The notes beneath the pieces are model-generated. The model saw only the letters and a program-made list of their open reading frames with translations, did not search any database and was not told where the DNA came from. Of a stretch of 64,000 nucleotides of DNA, positions 49,855 to 60,923 are shown piece after piece. The stretch is from Anas platyrhynchos (Eukaryota): positions 4,629,441-4,693,440 of the forward strand of contig NC_092619.1 in assembly GCF_047663525.1 (NCBI RefSeq), given 5' to 3'. Positions within the stretch are counted from its first letter, which is position 1, and every line of letters begins with the position of its first letter. The position numbers and the translations under genes were made by a program.

Positions 49855-49985
49855 AATCATAGAATCATTAAGGTTGGAAGAGACCTTCAAGATTATCTGG
49901 TCCAACCATCACCCTACTACTAACATCACCCACTAAACCATGTCCATAAGCACTAGGTCCAAAGGTGAGGATTCTCTCCAAATCC
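49855..49985 (-). mobile_element. short CR1-like 3' terminal fragment (minus)
   Basis: tcgtagaatcatagaatcattaaggttggaagagaccttcaagattatctggtccaacc. Confidence 0.6.
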
Positions 49986-51139
49986 AAGTCAACCCTTCCA
50001 AGTTTTCAGATCAAGGACTACAGGGAGGGGGGTAATGACAAGAACAGGTTTGTATTTTCAGGAAGTACAAATGAAAGGGCTTTCAAAAATATCTTCTGCA
50101 ATGGAATTTATGCCTCTCTACTAGAGAGACAAACAGTACTCCTGCAGACAAACAGTACTCTGTACAAAATGTTTGTAGAGGCAGTGGATGGGTACATAGC
50201 TCTGTAGCTCCCATATGAGACCTCACACAGCAGGTCTCACCTTCATCTTCATGCTTCATGCCATTAAACTGCTCCTATCTCAAGCACACAAGTTTGCTTC
50301 AATCTTATGTTTTCTCCCCACTGCCCCATCTTGCTGAGGAGGGGCTGTGGGGTGCTTCACTGCCTCCAGGGTTAAGCCCACTGATGGCGCTGATGGAGCA
50401 GCAGGTGGGAGAGCAGTCAGGTGCCAAATCTGCACTTTTTCCAGCCTGCCTTCCCTCCCTGCACATGCATTTTGCTTGTGACCAACAGGGCTGGAAGCAG
50501 CTTGGAGACCTAGGCCTGAGTCTAGTGCAGCCTTCTGCTCCATCTCTGCTGCTCCAGCAGCCAGAGACCTTCACAAAAGCCATCCATTCTTCTGTGCTAC
50601 TGCCAGCTCACTGGGCAGCCCCAGCCTGGCCCTGGCACTTGTCTCCCAACCACAGCAAAGGGCTGCTGTTCCCCTGGGCCACTCAGTACAAGCAGGATGA
50701 TCTACAGCCACAGGAGAGCCTCCTTGCAGCTGTATGACCTCCCAGTCTCCACACAGGACAGCACCTTCAGACCCGCCAGGACAGCAACCCTGAGGCTGTG
50801 CAGAGCAGCGAGGGGACACAAAGGGGAGGAGTGGGGCAAAGCTGGCTTCAGCCCACTTGGACACCATGGACAGTGTGGAGCACTGAGGGAGTTGCAGGTG
50901 GAGGTGCCTGTGCTGGCACAGTGTTTGTGACAGAAGGCATTTGTGTCCCTCTAACAGCATCCCATCCCGACTCTGATAATCTTTTTCATTTCCAAAGACA
51001 GCACACAATTTTCCCCCAAATACTTATACAATAAAAGACTTACACAATAAAAGATTTAACCTTGGTTGAGTACCATCAGGTGAGGGGCTGCTTGAGCAAA
51101 CAGGACATACTTAAGTCCATGATGAGCTCTGATGGGACC

Positions 51140-52300
51140 CACGAGTGCTGAGGGTAGCCGGCAGTTTGGGGTGCAGAACCACATTCCTAGAGAGACATGT
51201 CAGGGTTATTAGGGAGGCACCCAAGGGCCCACACCATGGACAGTGGCATATGCTAGCAACTAAGCTGAGGAGTATCAGGGTGTCTGAGGAGGAGATTGAC
51301 TGGTGGAATTGTACTCTACCATCCTTGGAACAAAGGCATTGGCCAGTCGTAACATATGATTCTATAGATTCCCTACCCTCTCACTACTGGACATGAGGGG
51401 TTAATCTAGGAATAAGGGGGAATGGAAGAATTTTTCTGGTCAGGGCAGCAAGCAAATCCTCTCCTTCCTTACCTCGCCTTCCCAGGTGCCCTTATACAAT
51501 AGGTATGAAGACTGGGAACTTGAAGGTCACAGATTATCAAGGGATGTCTCTAGATCAGCTAACCTGATCCTTATGGGTGACTTCAACTTCACAGACATTA
51601 ACTGGGAATACCAACTGTCAATACAAACAGTATTCCTAATGAATTCCTAACAGAAATTCCTAATGCACACTGAAGCTAACTTCTTGGTACAGGCACGAAG
51701 GGGAAAGGTGCCTCCAGGATTTGTTGTTTAAAATCTTTGGTGACAGGAGAAAAACTCCACTCAAAATGTAATCCTTGGATATAAGGAGAACAGATGTCAG
51801 GCTATAAACCACTTCATAAGGAATCTTGGGAATCTGTTTCTGAAGGTGATGGGGTCCAGCAGTGCTGGTCACTTTTTAAGAGCCATCTCTTAAGAGCACA
51901 GGAGCAGGTGATTACAAAGTGTTAGATGTTAAACAAGAAGGGCAGAATGCTGGCTTGGCTGAGCAGGAATCTTCTTCTATAGCTTAGGTGGAAAAGGAAA
52001 GTTTATGGACACTGGAGGCAAGTACAAGTGACAAGGGAGGACTACAGAAATGCTGTGTGCCTGGAAGGAGAAAAGATGTGTGGCCAAAACTCAGAGTTGA
52101 AGCTGGCCAGTACTGTGGGAGGCAACAAAAAGGGCTTTTTAAAGTATGTCAACACCAAAAAAGGGACTACAAGTAACATTGGTCTATTATTCACCTCACA
52201 AATAGGGTCACAGACAAAGCAGACATTTAATGTCTTCTTTGCCTCTGTTTTCAACACCGAACACGGGCCTTGGGACACCTGGAGCCCTGTGTTGAAATCC
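51140..52300 (+). mobile_element. CR1 5'-region fragment, internally deleted (ORF1 fragment, endonuclease fragment, RT start)
   Basis: EEEIDWWNCTLPSLEQRH.. resembles CR1 ORF1 REIDWWSNSLQGLKERY at 55850; gtgcccttatacaataggt matches gtgcccttacacaacaggt at 56070; LILMGDFNFTDINWEY (endonuclease); YVNTKKGTTSNIG...FFASVFN (ORF2). Confidence 0.65.
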
Positions 52301-52520
52301 ATTACTCATAGAATCATAGAATCATAGAATCATAGAATATCCTGAGTTGGAAGGGACCCTTAAGGATCATCAAGTCCAACTCTTGACACCGCACAGGTCT
52401 ACCCAAAAGTTCAGACCATGTGACTAAGTGCACAGTCCAATCTCTTCTTAAATTCAGACAGGCTCGGTGCAGTGACCACTTCCCTGGGGAGCCTGTTCCA
52501 GTGTGCAAAAGGTCCATGTT
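52300..52520 (-). mobile_element. CR1 3' terminal fragment (minus) with (CATAGAAT)n terminus
   Basis: catagaatcatagaatcatagaatcatagaatatcctgagttggaagggacccttaaggatcatcaagtccaac ... gagcctgttccagtgtgc. Confidence 0.8.
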
Positions 52521-53914
52521 GTTAAACCCCTACATGTTCTGTTTTCAGGTGATTCATCATGACACACAAAATTATGGCTATAAAAACCTCAGAGACAAAC
52601 CAAGGAAGTTTTATTACCAGATAAACAATCGCAAGAATCCCAAAACTTTGAGGGATGAGGGTCGTGTGTGTCTTTCCCCCCACTCTCGCCCCGCTCCCCT
52701 CCCATCTTCCCATTTTGTAAAACATCACAACAAAACCAAGCATCTTCAGGAACTTTGAAGAAAACTGGGAGATTTCCCAAACCTTTTCCCATCCATGTTA
52801 AACCAAAACTTGGATTCACTGGACCAAATCCTGACATTTTGCTCAGTTGTCCAGCTGTTCCAGCTCATCCATGTCATCTGGGTCAAGCCTCTTGATCTGG
52901 GTCTCTGAAGAAAGAAAACAAATGTCAGTGCCTGCCAAGTACAGCCAGGCACCAGCCTGTGCAGGAGTTAGCAAAGGCATAGCACTGCTGCTCGGGGGCT
53001 GCTAGTAGTGGCAAACCCTGGCAGCCATGCCCAGGACTCTCGGCTCTGCCTTCCACAGATGACATAAAACAAGCTGTGAGCTGTTCAGCACGTGACGGAG
53101 GTGAGAGGTTAGAAACCTGCCCAGCTGTTTGCATCAAACCCAGTTGAGTAGAGGTATAGGTAGAAGTGACAGATTCCAGTTATCTCAGGACCAACTGGCC
53201 ACCTCTGGGATACTGCTTCCTGGCTCAGTGCACGTGCTAACCTCGCTCTGGGCTGAAAAGCTACCCAAAGTGCTCAGCATGGCATTTCCACACTGCGGAG
53301 TTCAAAAGATAATCAAACTTTGAGAGAGCACAACAGACACAAACCTGACCGACAAATGGTAAGAGACGTACATAGTGATGGGAACCCAAACTGGTCAGTC
53401 ACACTGACTGATGGAGCTCAGAATGTTTATTCCACAGAGGTTATCCGATCAAGGACCTTGGCAACTGGGCAACGTGGGAAAAGGGGGAAACAAGCAACAA
53501 AACACCTGACACAGACCTGACAAACCCAATGAGACAATGACGAGAAACTAACCTCACCACTCACACTAATCGGTGGGCTATTGAGAAATTACAGGTGCCA
53601 CTTCCCAGAAGAACCACCTGCACTTTACAGCTGGTAAGGCTGTGAGCCAGAGGGACCTGGACTGGAAGGGGTGTGGGAACTGGGAGGGCTGTACAAACCC
53701 ATGATGAGACGTGCAGGAGGAAAGGGAGGTGGGAGGTGCAAAGAGGGGGTAAGCTGGAAAGGGCACAGAAGCGGCCACTTGCATGTGAAATGGGGCTAGT
53801 CGGTGTGCTTCTTTGGTTTAGCCCCAACACTGATCGCCACGGTCTGTCTTGTAGTCTTATGCCTACTTAAATCTTTTCCCACTTCTGTCTTTCTGTGATC
53901 TCACACTCAATCCC

Positions 53915-54660
53915 TGGTATGTGTGTGTGTGTGTGTACGTGCGTGCATACAGCAGTACCTTCTCACCAGCTACTGCTGAGACCTGTGCGTGAATGAAAAC
54001 TGGTGCCAACTCCTGCAGTCAGACAGGGACAAGGCTGCCCCTGGCCTCGGCTGCCACCTACTGGAGCCACTGCAGGGGTCTCACTGCAGATACTGCAGCA
54101 AGCACGATTCTTCAGCTCCCAGCCACTGGGCTGGGGATGCTGTGCATCCAAAAAAACATCTGTTGGGGGGGCACTGGCGTGACTGTGACTGTGTGTGTGT
54201 GTACATGATGAATTCGAAGTGACAGCTGCTGGAGGCAGAGGTGAGCATCTGTACCTTCTACAGACTGTGTGGGTATGGAGGGTGTGTGTGTGTGTGTATT
54301 CACCTGAAAACTTCAGCCTGGGTCACCTAGTGACTGCGGGGGCCCTCAGGCCCAGGCCAGGGTATCAGGTGCATGGGTGGAGTCCGTGCGAGTACCAGGC
54401 TGGACCAGCCAGCAAGTAGGGGACTTGTCAGAGGGCAAGGGTCTGGTCAGGGACACTAGGAGAATAGAGGGGCTGGGATGGTGCTTGCTGACCCACAAAC
54501 ACCTGTGTGTGTTTGGACCTGGAAGTGCATGTGTGTGCTTGCACTAGTGACTCTCTGCCAGCCAACGAGGAGAAGGGGATTTGTGTGTGCTTGTGTGTCT
54601 GTGTCTGTATATTTGTGTGTCTGTGCGTGTTGGTCTCAGGGACATGTGTTCTGTGACACT
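53915..54660. repeat. cluster of (GT)n / (TG)n microsatellites (53920-53940, 54185-54200, 54285-54300, 54585-54650 imperfect)
   Basis: gtgtgtgtgtgtgtgtacgtgcgtg ; ctgtgtgtgtgtgtacatg ; gtgtgtgtgtgtgtgtatt. Confidence 0.9.
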
Positions 54661-54865
54661 GTTGATTGAGCCTGGGTTAAAGGGTAAAGTGGCAGACGCA
54701 TCCCTCAGCTTGTGCAGAGACCCCAGGTGCCCAGGCACCAGGCTGGGCTTCAGCAGCTCACAAGGACCGTACTGGTCTGTACTGGCCTGTGCTGTGCTTC
54801 AGCAACCAGGCATGGAGGTCCTGGGCCAGAGCAGCTGCAAGAGGTGGCCACACTCCTGACATTCC

Positions 54866-55133
54866 TTAATGCTTCCCAATGCACTTCTCATCCACGTGTA
54901 CCTCAGCTCTTTGCAGCATCAGAGCTGGGCACAAGGATATTCACGGAAATGCTCCTCTATACTGTGCACGAGGTACGTGGTCTGCCTTTCCACCATGTTG
55001 AAGGCAATGCCCTTCTTCCCAAAGCAGCCCGTTTGCCCAATGCAGTGCAGGTAGGTCTCAAAATCCAGCTGCTTCTCCTGATTAACAGGGAGGCTGAAGT
55101 TCACCACTATGGTGACTTGTGCCACATCAATCC
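54866..55133 (-). pseudogene. decayed terminal exon of a DDX19/DDX25-like DEAD-box RNA helicase (motifs V-VI region), with frameshift/stop and loss of the motif VI arginines
   Basis: - strand, after acceptor ctctctgtctttcag at 55136..55134: GIDVAQVTIVVNFSLPVNQEKQLDFETYLHCIGQTGCFGKKGIAFNMVERQ...EEHF, then an in-frame stop, then in another frame LMLQRAEVHVDEKCIGKH*. Compare DDX25 RGIDVKQVTIVVNFDLPV...[26 protein letters not shown]...DHFNSSIKQLNAEDMDEIEKIDY*. Confidence 0.5.
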
Positions 55134-55356
55134 CTGAAAGACAGAGAGGTTTCTCGCAACCAGGATCCGAAGGCAATCACCCGCGTCCAGATCGGAGCTA
55201 GTCCACTTGCAGTATAAAGCGGTCAGCCCTGGCTCTGCAGCACACACTACAATGACATGTCAAGGCAACAAAAGACCTACATGTAGAGGCCACGGAGCAC
55301 AGGTTGTGTCACCAGAAACGAAGCAGCATCGTGTGTCCCCTGCGAGTTGATGGGCC

Positions 55357-56718
55357 ATGGGGCAAATCAAGGGGATTCCCACACTGCAGACGCTGCGAGG
55401 GTATTGCTTTTCAGGATACAGTACCTCTAGCACAGACGTTTGTGGTGATGAGAACCTTCTCCTTCCCATCGCGGAATCTGAATCACATCAGCCCTCTGCA
55501 CTATGGTCAGCTCTGCCGTCAGCATGGCGACCTGGTGCCCATCCTTGCTCATCTCCACCGACAGCCAGTCCACACTCCTGCGAGTCTAGATGCGTGGGAG
55601 AGGCAGGAGGAGCTTTTGCAGCAGCTCTGGTGATACTGGTCTCCACCAGGCATGGTGCGCTCTCCAGGAAGTCGGTACACACCCAGACCGACTACCCGTT
55701 AAAAAATGCAGCAGTTCAGGTCACCGGGTGCGGGGAGCATCTGAGCCTGTTGCTGCCATCGGCGGGAGGCAGAGAAACTGCGTGCGTGAGGTGCGAGCAG
55801 CTGGATGACCTGGTCCACATGGTGGCGGAGCTCAAGGAGGAGGTGGAGAGGTTGAGGGATATCAGGGAGTGTGAGCGGGAGATAGACTGGTGGAGTAACT
55901 CCCTGCAGGGCCTCAAGGAGAGGTACCGAGGTGAGACACCCCAAATGGGGGTGGACCCCCTGTCCTGTCGCCGTCGGGCAGAGGGAGGGGATCTGGGAGT
56001 TGAGGAGGAATGGAAACAGGTCCCTGCTCGACATCGCAGGCGATGCCCTCCCCTTCCGGCCCCACCTTCCCAGGTGCCCTTACACAACAGGTTTGAGGCC
56101 CTGGAGCTCGACAGACCGGTAGCTGAGGAAGAGGTAGGAAGTGTTCCCAGGAGGATGCCTAGGGCGAGGAGGTCGACTCCACGCCTCAGGACTGCCTCCA
56201 TCAAGAAAGACAGGAGGGTTATTGTTGTTGGAGACTCTCTTCTTAGGGGAACAGAGGGCCCTATTTGTCGGCCTGACTCTACCCGTAGGGAAGTCTGCTG
56301 CCTCCCTTGGACCAGGGTCAGGGATGTTGCCAGGAAGCTTCCCAACCTGGTACGCCCCTCTGATTATTATCCTCTTTTGATAGTCCAGGCGGGCAGTGAC
56401 AACATTGAAGAGAGAAGCCTGAAGGCTATCAAAAGAGACTTTAGGGGGCTGGGACGGTTAGTGGATGGAGCGGGAGTGCAGGTGGTGTTTTCATCCATCC
56501 CTACGGTGGCAGGGAGGGGTACAGAGAGGACACGGAAAGCCCACCTGTTAAACACGTGGCTCCAGGGCTGGTGCCAACACAGAAATCTTGGGTTTTTCGA
56601 CCATGGGGCACTTCACTCAGCACCCGGCCTGATTGCCGCAGACGGGTCCCTATCTTTTAGGGGAAAAAGGGTCCTGGGCCACGAGCTGGCAGGGCTCATT
56701 GATAGGGCTTTAAACTAG
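55357..56718 (+). CDS. CR1 ORF1 (esterase/SGNH-like domain plus N-terminal zinc-knuckle-like motif), apparently intact reading frame
   Basis: 453-codon uninterrupted ORF. The true start Met may be internal, because the N-terminal 100 codons could be in-frame 5' UTR. Confidence 0.55.
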   Translation: MGQIKGIPTLQTLRGYCFSGYSTSSTDVCGDENLLLPIAESESHQPSALWSALPSAWRPGAHPCSSPPTASPHSCESRCVGEAGGAFAAALVILVSTRHGALSRKSVHTQTDYPLKNAAVQVTGCGEHLSLLLPSAGGRETACVRCEQLDDLVHMVAELKEEVERLRDIRECEREIDWWSNSLQGLKERYRGETPQMGVDPLSCRRRAEGGDLGVEEEWKQVPARHRRRCPPLPAPPSQVPLHNRFEALELDRPVAEEEVGSVPRRMPRARRSTPRLRTASIKKDRRVIVVGDSLLRGTEGPICRPDSTRREVCCLPWTRVRDVARKLPNLVRPSDYYPLLIVQAGSDNIEERSLKAIKRDFRGLGRLVDGAGVQVVFSSIPTVAGRGTERTRKAHLLNTWLQGWCQHRNLGFFDHGALHSAPGLIAADGSLSFRGKRVLGHELAGLIDRALN

Positions 56719-56759
56719 GTAAGAAGGGGGATGGGGCTGAAGCAAGGATTGTTGGGGCT

Positions 56760-57617
56760 GTGCCAGGGGGAACAATGGCAAGGCCGGAGGATAGGGCAAT
56801 GGCCCAGCTGAAGTGCATCTACACCAATGCACGCAGCATGGGCAACAAACAGGAGGAGCTGGAAGCCATCGTGCTGCAGGCAGGCTACGACTTGGTTGCC
56901 ATCATGGAGACGTGGTGGGACCAGTCTCATGACTGGAGTGCTGCTATGCCTGGCTATAAGCTCTTCAGAAGGGACAGGCAGCACAGAAGGGGTGGCGGTG
57001 TAGCTCTCTATATTAGAGAGTCTTTTGATGTTGTAGAACTCGAGGCTGGGAACGACAAGGTCGAGTCCCTTTGGGTTAGGATCGGCAGGGACAACAAGGC
57101 TAGTGTCCTGGTCGGGGTCTGCTATAGACTGCCGAACCAGGATGAGGAGACGGATGAGGAGTTCTACAGGCAGCTGACAGAAGTTGCAAAATCTTCAGCA
57201 CTTGTTCTCGTGGGGAACTTCAACTTCCCTGACATATCCTGGAAGCACAACACAGCCCAGAGAAAGCAGTCTAGGAGGTTTCTGGAGAGCGTGGAAGATA
57301 GCTTCCTGACGCAGCTGGTTAGTGAACCTACCAGGGGTGGTGCCCTGCTAGACCTTCTCTTCACAAACAGAGAAGGACTGGTGGAGGATGTGATTGTTGG
57401 GAGCTGTCTTGGGCAGAGTGACCATGAAATGGTGGAGTTCACTATTCTTGGCGAGACCAGGAAGGGGACCAGTAAAACCACTGTATTGGACTTTCGGAGG
57501 GCTGACTTTGAGCTGCTCAGGACATTAGTTGGTGGAGTTCCTTGGGAGGCGGTTCTGAAGGGCAGAGGGGTCCAGGAAGGCTGGGCGCTCTTTAAGAGGG
57601 AAATCTTAATGGCGTAG
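56760..57617 (+). CDS. CR1 ORF2 N-terminal part (apurinic-endonuclease-like domain), open frame of 285 codons, then a frameshift
   Basis: Conserved CR1 endonuclease motifs are present. The reading frame shifts after 57617 while homology to CR1 ORF2 continues for about 150 bp. Confidence 0.6.
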   Translation: MPGGTMARPEDRAMAQLKCIYTNARSMGNKQEELEAIVLQAGYDLVAIMETWWDQSHDWSAAMPGYKLFRRDRQHRRGGGVALYIRESFDVVELEAGNDKVESLWVRIGRDNKASVLVGVCYRLPNQDEETDEEFYRQLTEVAKSSALVLVGNFNFPDISWKHNTAQRKQSRRFLESVEDSFLTQLVSEPTRGGALLDLLFTNREGLVEDVIVGSCLGQSDHEMVEFTILGETRKGTSKTTVLDFRRADFELLRTLVGGVPWEAVLKGRGVQEGWALFKREILMA

Positions 57618-59655
57618 GAACGGTCTGTCCCCATGTGCCCAAAGATGAGCCAGCAGGGAAGAAGACCAGCCTGGCTCAACAGAGAACTGTGGCTTGAGCT
57701 TAGGAGAAAAAAGAGGGTTTATTATCTTTGGAAGGACTATAAGGATGTAGTGAGGCTGTGCAGGGACACACTGGTGTGGTAGTGGAGGGGCACATCCTGG
57801 AGCACCTGGCATGCTGCGGTTCCCTCGCTGCCCTGGGGACAGGCTGGAGCCCAGAGGCAGTGGCAGTCCTCTGGGAGCAGCCTGACAGCCGGGTGGTCAC
57901 TTTCCTTTGGAGAAATCTGATGGCAGGGCAGAGAGCAAGGAGAGCTCCCCAGTGACCCTGAGACAGAGTGGTTTCCAGCCCATGCTTGCCTCCTCATGCA
58001 GAACAGGGAAGCCAGATGTCCCATATCTTGTTTTCCTCCCCTGCAGATCACGTTGAATATTAGCTTTGGAAATTTACCAAAGAATAGGCAGTCAACTGGA
58101 AGATTTCATGAAATGAAATGTTTATGTTTTTTAACAGTGGCATATCTCTCCCCTCTTCCACAAACATTTATTTTTAGATATCATTAAACCAGCAGATGGG
58201 ATCTCCCTGAAGACCACTTTTAATAATGTCACTTTGTTTTTAAATATAATAAATAATGCAACACTGATAAGCTAATTCAGCTATCTGGCAAGTAGTGCAA
58301 GAAGCAGAAGCAGCCAAAATGAAAATCTTCCAGTTGACTGCTTGCTCCAGGATGTGCTCCTCCTCTACCATACCAGGGCTGCCCCCCTCCATGGGCTCTG
58401 CTGACTGCCAATGCTGGAGGGAGCCCAGGCTGCCCCACGTCCTGCTGCAACCTCCTCCTGCTCAGGCCCTGTCTGGAAGGACCGTGCTGCCTGAATGGGC
58501 TCCTTGTCCCACGGGCCCTGGGCATACACAGCTTATAAGAGATGCTTTGGAGTCAAACCTCTCTTCCCTGTCCAGAGAAAATTTGCTCCCGCAATTAGGT
58601 CTGAGCAGCTGCCCGGGGACAAGTGCCTGCCTCATCGCGTCCCCTCTGAATGGCCTCATCCTGCTCAGGGACAGGGCTAGCCCCTGCTGGGGCGAGGGGC
58701 ATTGCAGGGACACTGCCTGGGAACAAGGCCTTTGGGGAGACTTGGCTGAGCCCCATGTGGGAATGGAAGGGGAGCTGGAGCCTTGCTGGGGATGGGGCAC
58801 TGGCACCCGCCACGTGGGGGTCAGCTCTGCAGGGAAGGACTGGGCCCAGGTGTCCAGGAGGGCATGGTGCCCCCAGACAGTGGCAAGGCATGGACCAGGG
58901 CAGGGCTTGTTCCCTTGTGCTGTCTGTCCTCCCTCGGGGGCCATGGCTGGAGACTGGGACCAGTTTGGGGCCTGCAGTAACTTGGAGATGGTCTGGGCTG
59001 GAGCTGTGCTCTTCGACCGACCCCAGCAGCTCCTGCAAGCAGAGTCCTCATCCCCTGGTGCCCAGCATTCACCAGTGCTCCTCACGGCCAGTGCCTCCCA
59101 GTACCCTGATCACCCTCTGGACCTCAAGTTCTCAGTCACCCGGCTGTCCCCATTGCCCATGCCCCCCAGCTGTCCTCCTACCTTCCCAGTGTCCCCTAAT
59201 GCCAGTGTCCCCAGTGCCTGAAGAAGAGGAGTCAGTCTCAGCGTGCCATTCACTCAAGGGACTGCAGAGGGGTCAGAAACAACTCTGCTTAGAGTCCCTT
59301 AATTTGAGGCTGCATCATTTCTGGGGGAGTCCTGGGGAGTAAGCCTGGCCTGGAAGGTGAGGGGCACTGGGAGACAGGGAGATGTGGCTTTAGGGGCTGT
59401 TGGAGGATGGTTTCTTGCTGGGGAACTCACTGCAGGGTGTCTGACCACCCCCTCGCCACCCCCTGATGCCCGGAGCCGTCCCTGTGGAGCTGCCCTGTGC
59501 AGGAAGCTGGCCTGGTGCCACAGAAGGTGGCTGGGTGAGTGGCGGAGGTGTGGGTCAGTCTCTGCCAGCGGTGAGCTCACTGCCAGGGCTGGTACATGCC
59601 AAGCGTGGCTTTGCCCCTGGGCTCTCGGGGCGGGGTCAGTGGGGAGTCCTGCGAG

Positions 59656-59662
59656 AGATAAA
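59656..59662 (+). promoter_or_regulatory. TATA-like element (GATAAAT) with an upstream GC box (GGGGCGGGG at about 59628-59636), 56 nt upstream of the candidate peptide-gene ATG
   Basis: gcgagagataaatcttgctcc; the GC box lies about 20-25 bp upstream of it. Confidence 0.4.
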
Positions 59663-59717
59663 TCTTGCTCCTCACTTTCTCCAGCCTCATCCGGGACTGC
59701 GTAGACCACGGAGGAAG

Positions 59718-59783
59718 ATGAAGATCGCCCTGCTCAGCATGGCCCTGCTCCTCGCCATGCTATGCCTCCCAGCAGATGCTCTG
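59718..59783 (+). CDS. candidate novel secreted prepropeptide gene, exon 1 (signal peptide [21 protein letters not shown]|L), phase 0
   Basis: ATG in reasonable Kozak context (gaagATGa); classic n-region, hydrophobic core and AxA cleavage site; perfect donor GTGAGC at 59784. Confidence 0.55.
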
Positions 59784-60636
59784 GTGAGCCCCAGTGCTAT
59801 GGGGATGGGTTTCATGCTATGGGCAGCTCTTGGGGAGGAGACCCCACTGACCGGGGGCACTGCGCCCTCCCTGACACCTAGACTTTGGCAAAACCTCCAT
59901 GAAGTGTCCAGGTGATCCCTCCACTCCTGGTCAGGTGTGTGGGATGCCCAAAGAGTCTGGAGATCTCTCTCCAGAGACCTCTGGGGACCCCTCCTAAGCC
60001 CACCGCCCCAACGCCTTTGGTCCCCACCAAGGTGTCCCTTTCCCTGGATCTCCTCCATGTCCTGTCTAGGCTCCCCAGTGCCGTACCTTTCATCTTTCCC
60101 AATGCCTTTCTTTCATTCTTTCCTCTCAGTCCTCTGCCTTTCAGCTAATCCATTGCTGTGGTGTCCCCTTCCTTTCACCCCCACTTCCAAATACCCCCCC
60201 AGCAGTCCTCCCAGTCCCCTCGTTTTGGTCCACCTCAAGCCTCTTCCTTCAGCCCACACCAATCACGTCACTTGAAGTCTCCACATTCGCTCTATTTGAA
60301 TTCCTTATCCCCTGACTTGCATCCCACACGGTCCCATAACTTCAGCACCCCCAGCCCAGTAGTCTCTTGGGGTCTGCAAATTCCCTCTGTTTGAATCCCC
60401 TCTGTGCCCTGTCTTTTGGTCCCCACATCCTTGTCTCCATCCCCACCCGAGGTCCCTGCATCAACAGCTATTCCAGATGAAGCTGGGGAGCAACGGGTCT
60501 GTGGGGAGCAGAAGGGATTTTCCCTTGCAGACCGAGGGGAAGCTACGCAGTAGGGGTGACTGGGGACACCTGTGCCCCCTTCATCCTTCCACATCAAGCA
60601 CCAATCCAGACTGACCCCCTCATTCTCCTTTCCTAG

Positions 60637-60684
60637 TTCCTGAAAGACTCTGAGTTTGCAGCAAGTGGAGGTTTTGATCTGGAA
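60637..60684 (+). CDS. candidate prepropeptide gene, exon 2 ([16 protein letters not shown]), phase 0 to 0
   Basis: Acceptor cattctcctttcctag; donor GTGAGT at 60685. In frame with exon 1. Confidence 0.5.
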
Positions 60685-60824
60685 GTGAGTATCGGGGTGG
60701 CCTTGGGCTGGAGCCAGTCTTGAGAACTGCGGGGCCATTTGCCTCCCCCGTGCCCTGCTGTCACCTGCTGGGTTGAATTCATCCCGGCGTCCACTGAGGT
60801 CTCACAATCTCTCTCCTGCTGCAG

Positions 60825-60923
60825 CTGAAGTTTCTGCGAGGGAAGAGGGCTCTGCAGCCTGTGCCTGTCGAGGTGGTGGCAGCAGTGCGCAAGAAACGCC
60901 TGGCTGCAGATCTCTATGCCTAG
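60825..60923 (+). CDS. candidate prepropeptide gene, exon 3 ([32 protein letters not shown])
   Basis: Acceptor tctctcctgctgcag; in-frame TAG at 60921-60923. The GKR and KKR motifs are prohormone-convertase / amidation-type sites. The full product is 70 aa. Confidence 0.5.
   Translation: MKFLRGKRALQPVPVEVVAAVRKKRLAADLYA

Larger units (their letters stand above)
55300..57775 (+). mobile_element. CR1 LINE 5' half: 5' UTR, intact ORF1, ORF2 endonuclease domain; 3'-truncated near 57775
   Basis: ORF 55357..56718 (453 codons, no stops) holds a CCHC-like CVRCEQ motif and the esterase-like motif VIVVGDSLLRG...LIVQAGSDNI typical of CR1 ORF1. ORF 56760..57617 (285 codons) is an APE-type endonuclease (CIYTNARSMGNKQEELE..., GNFNFPDISW, SDHEMVEF). 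After 57617 the ORF2 frame shifts, and CR1 homology stops near 57775. Confidence 0.7.

Noticed and set aside
55357-56718. 453-aa ORF as a possible host protein-coding gene
   Set aside because: It carries the CR1 ORF1 signature, an esterase/SGNH-like GDSL-type motif, and is followed by a CR1 endonuclease ORF. I annotated it as a transposable element ORF, not as a cellular gene.
58295-59342. Overlapping long ORFs (308 aa +, 230 aa +, 207 aa -) in the GC-rich block just upstream of the candidate peptide gene
   Set aside because: Low-complexity Pro/Ala/Gly-rich translations with no recognisable domain. Three overlapping frames open at once is characteristic of GC-rich non-coding DNA. The block may instead be promoter or enhancer sequence for the candidate gene at 59718.
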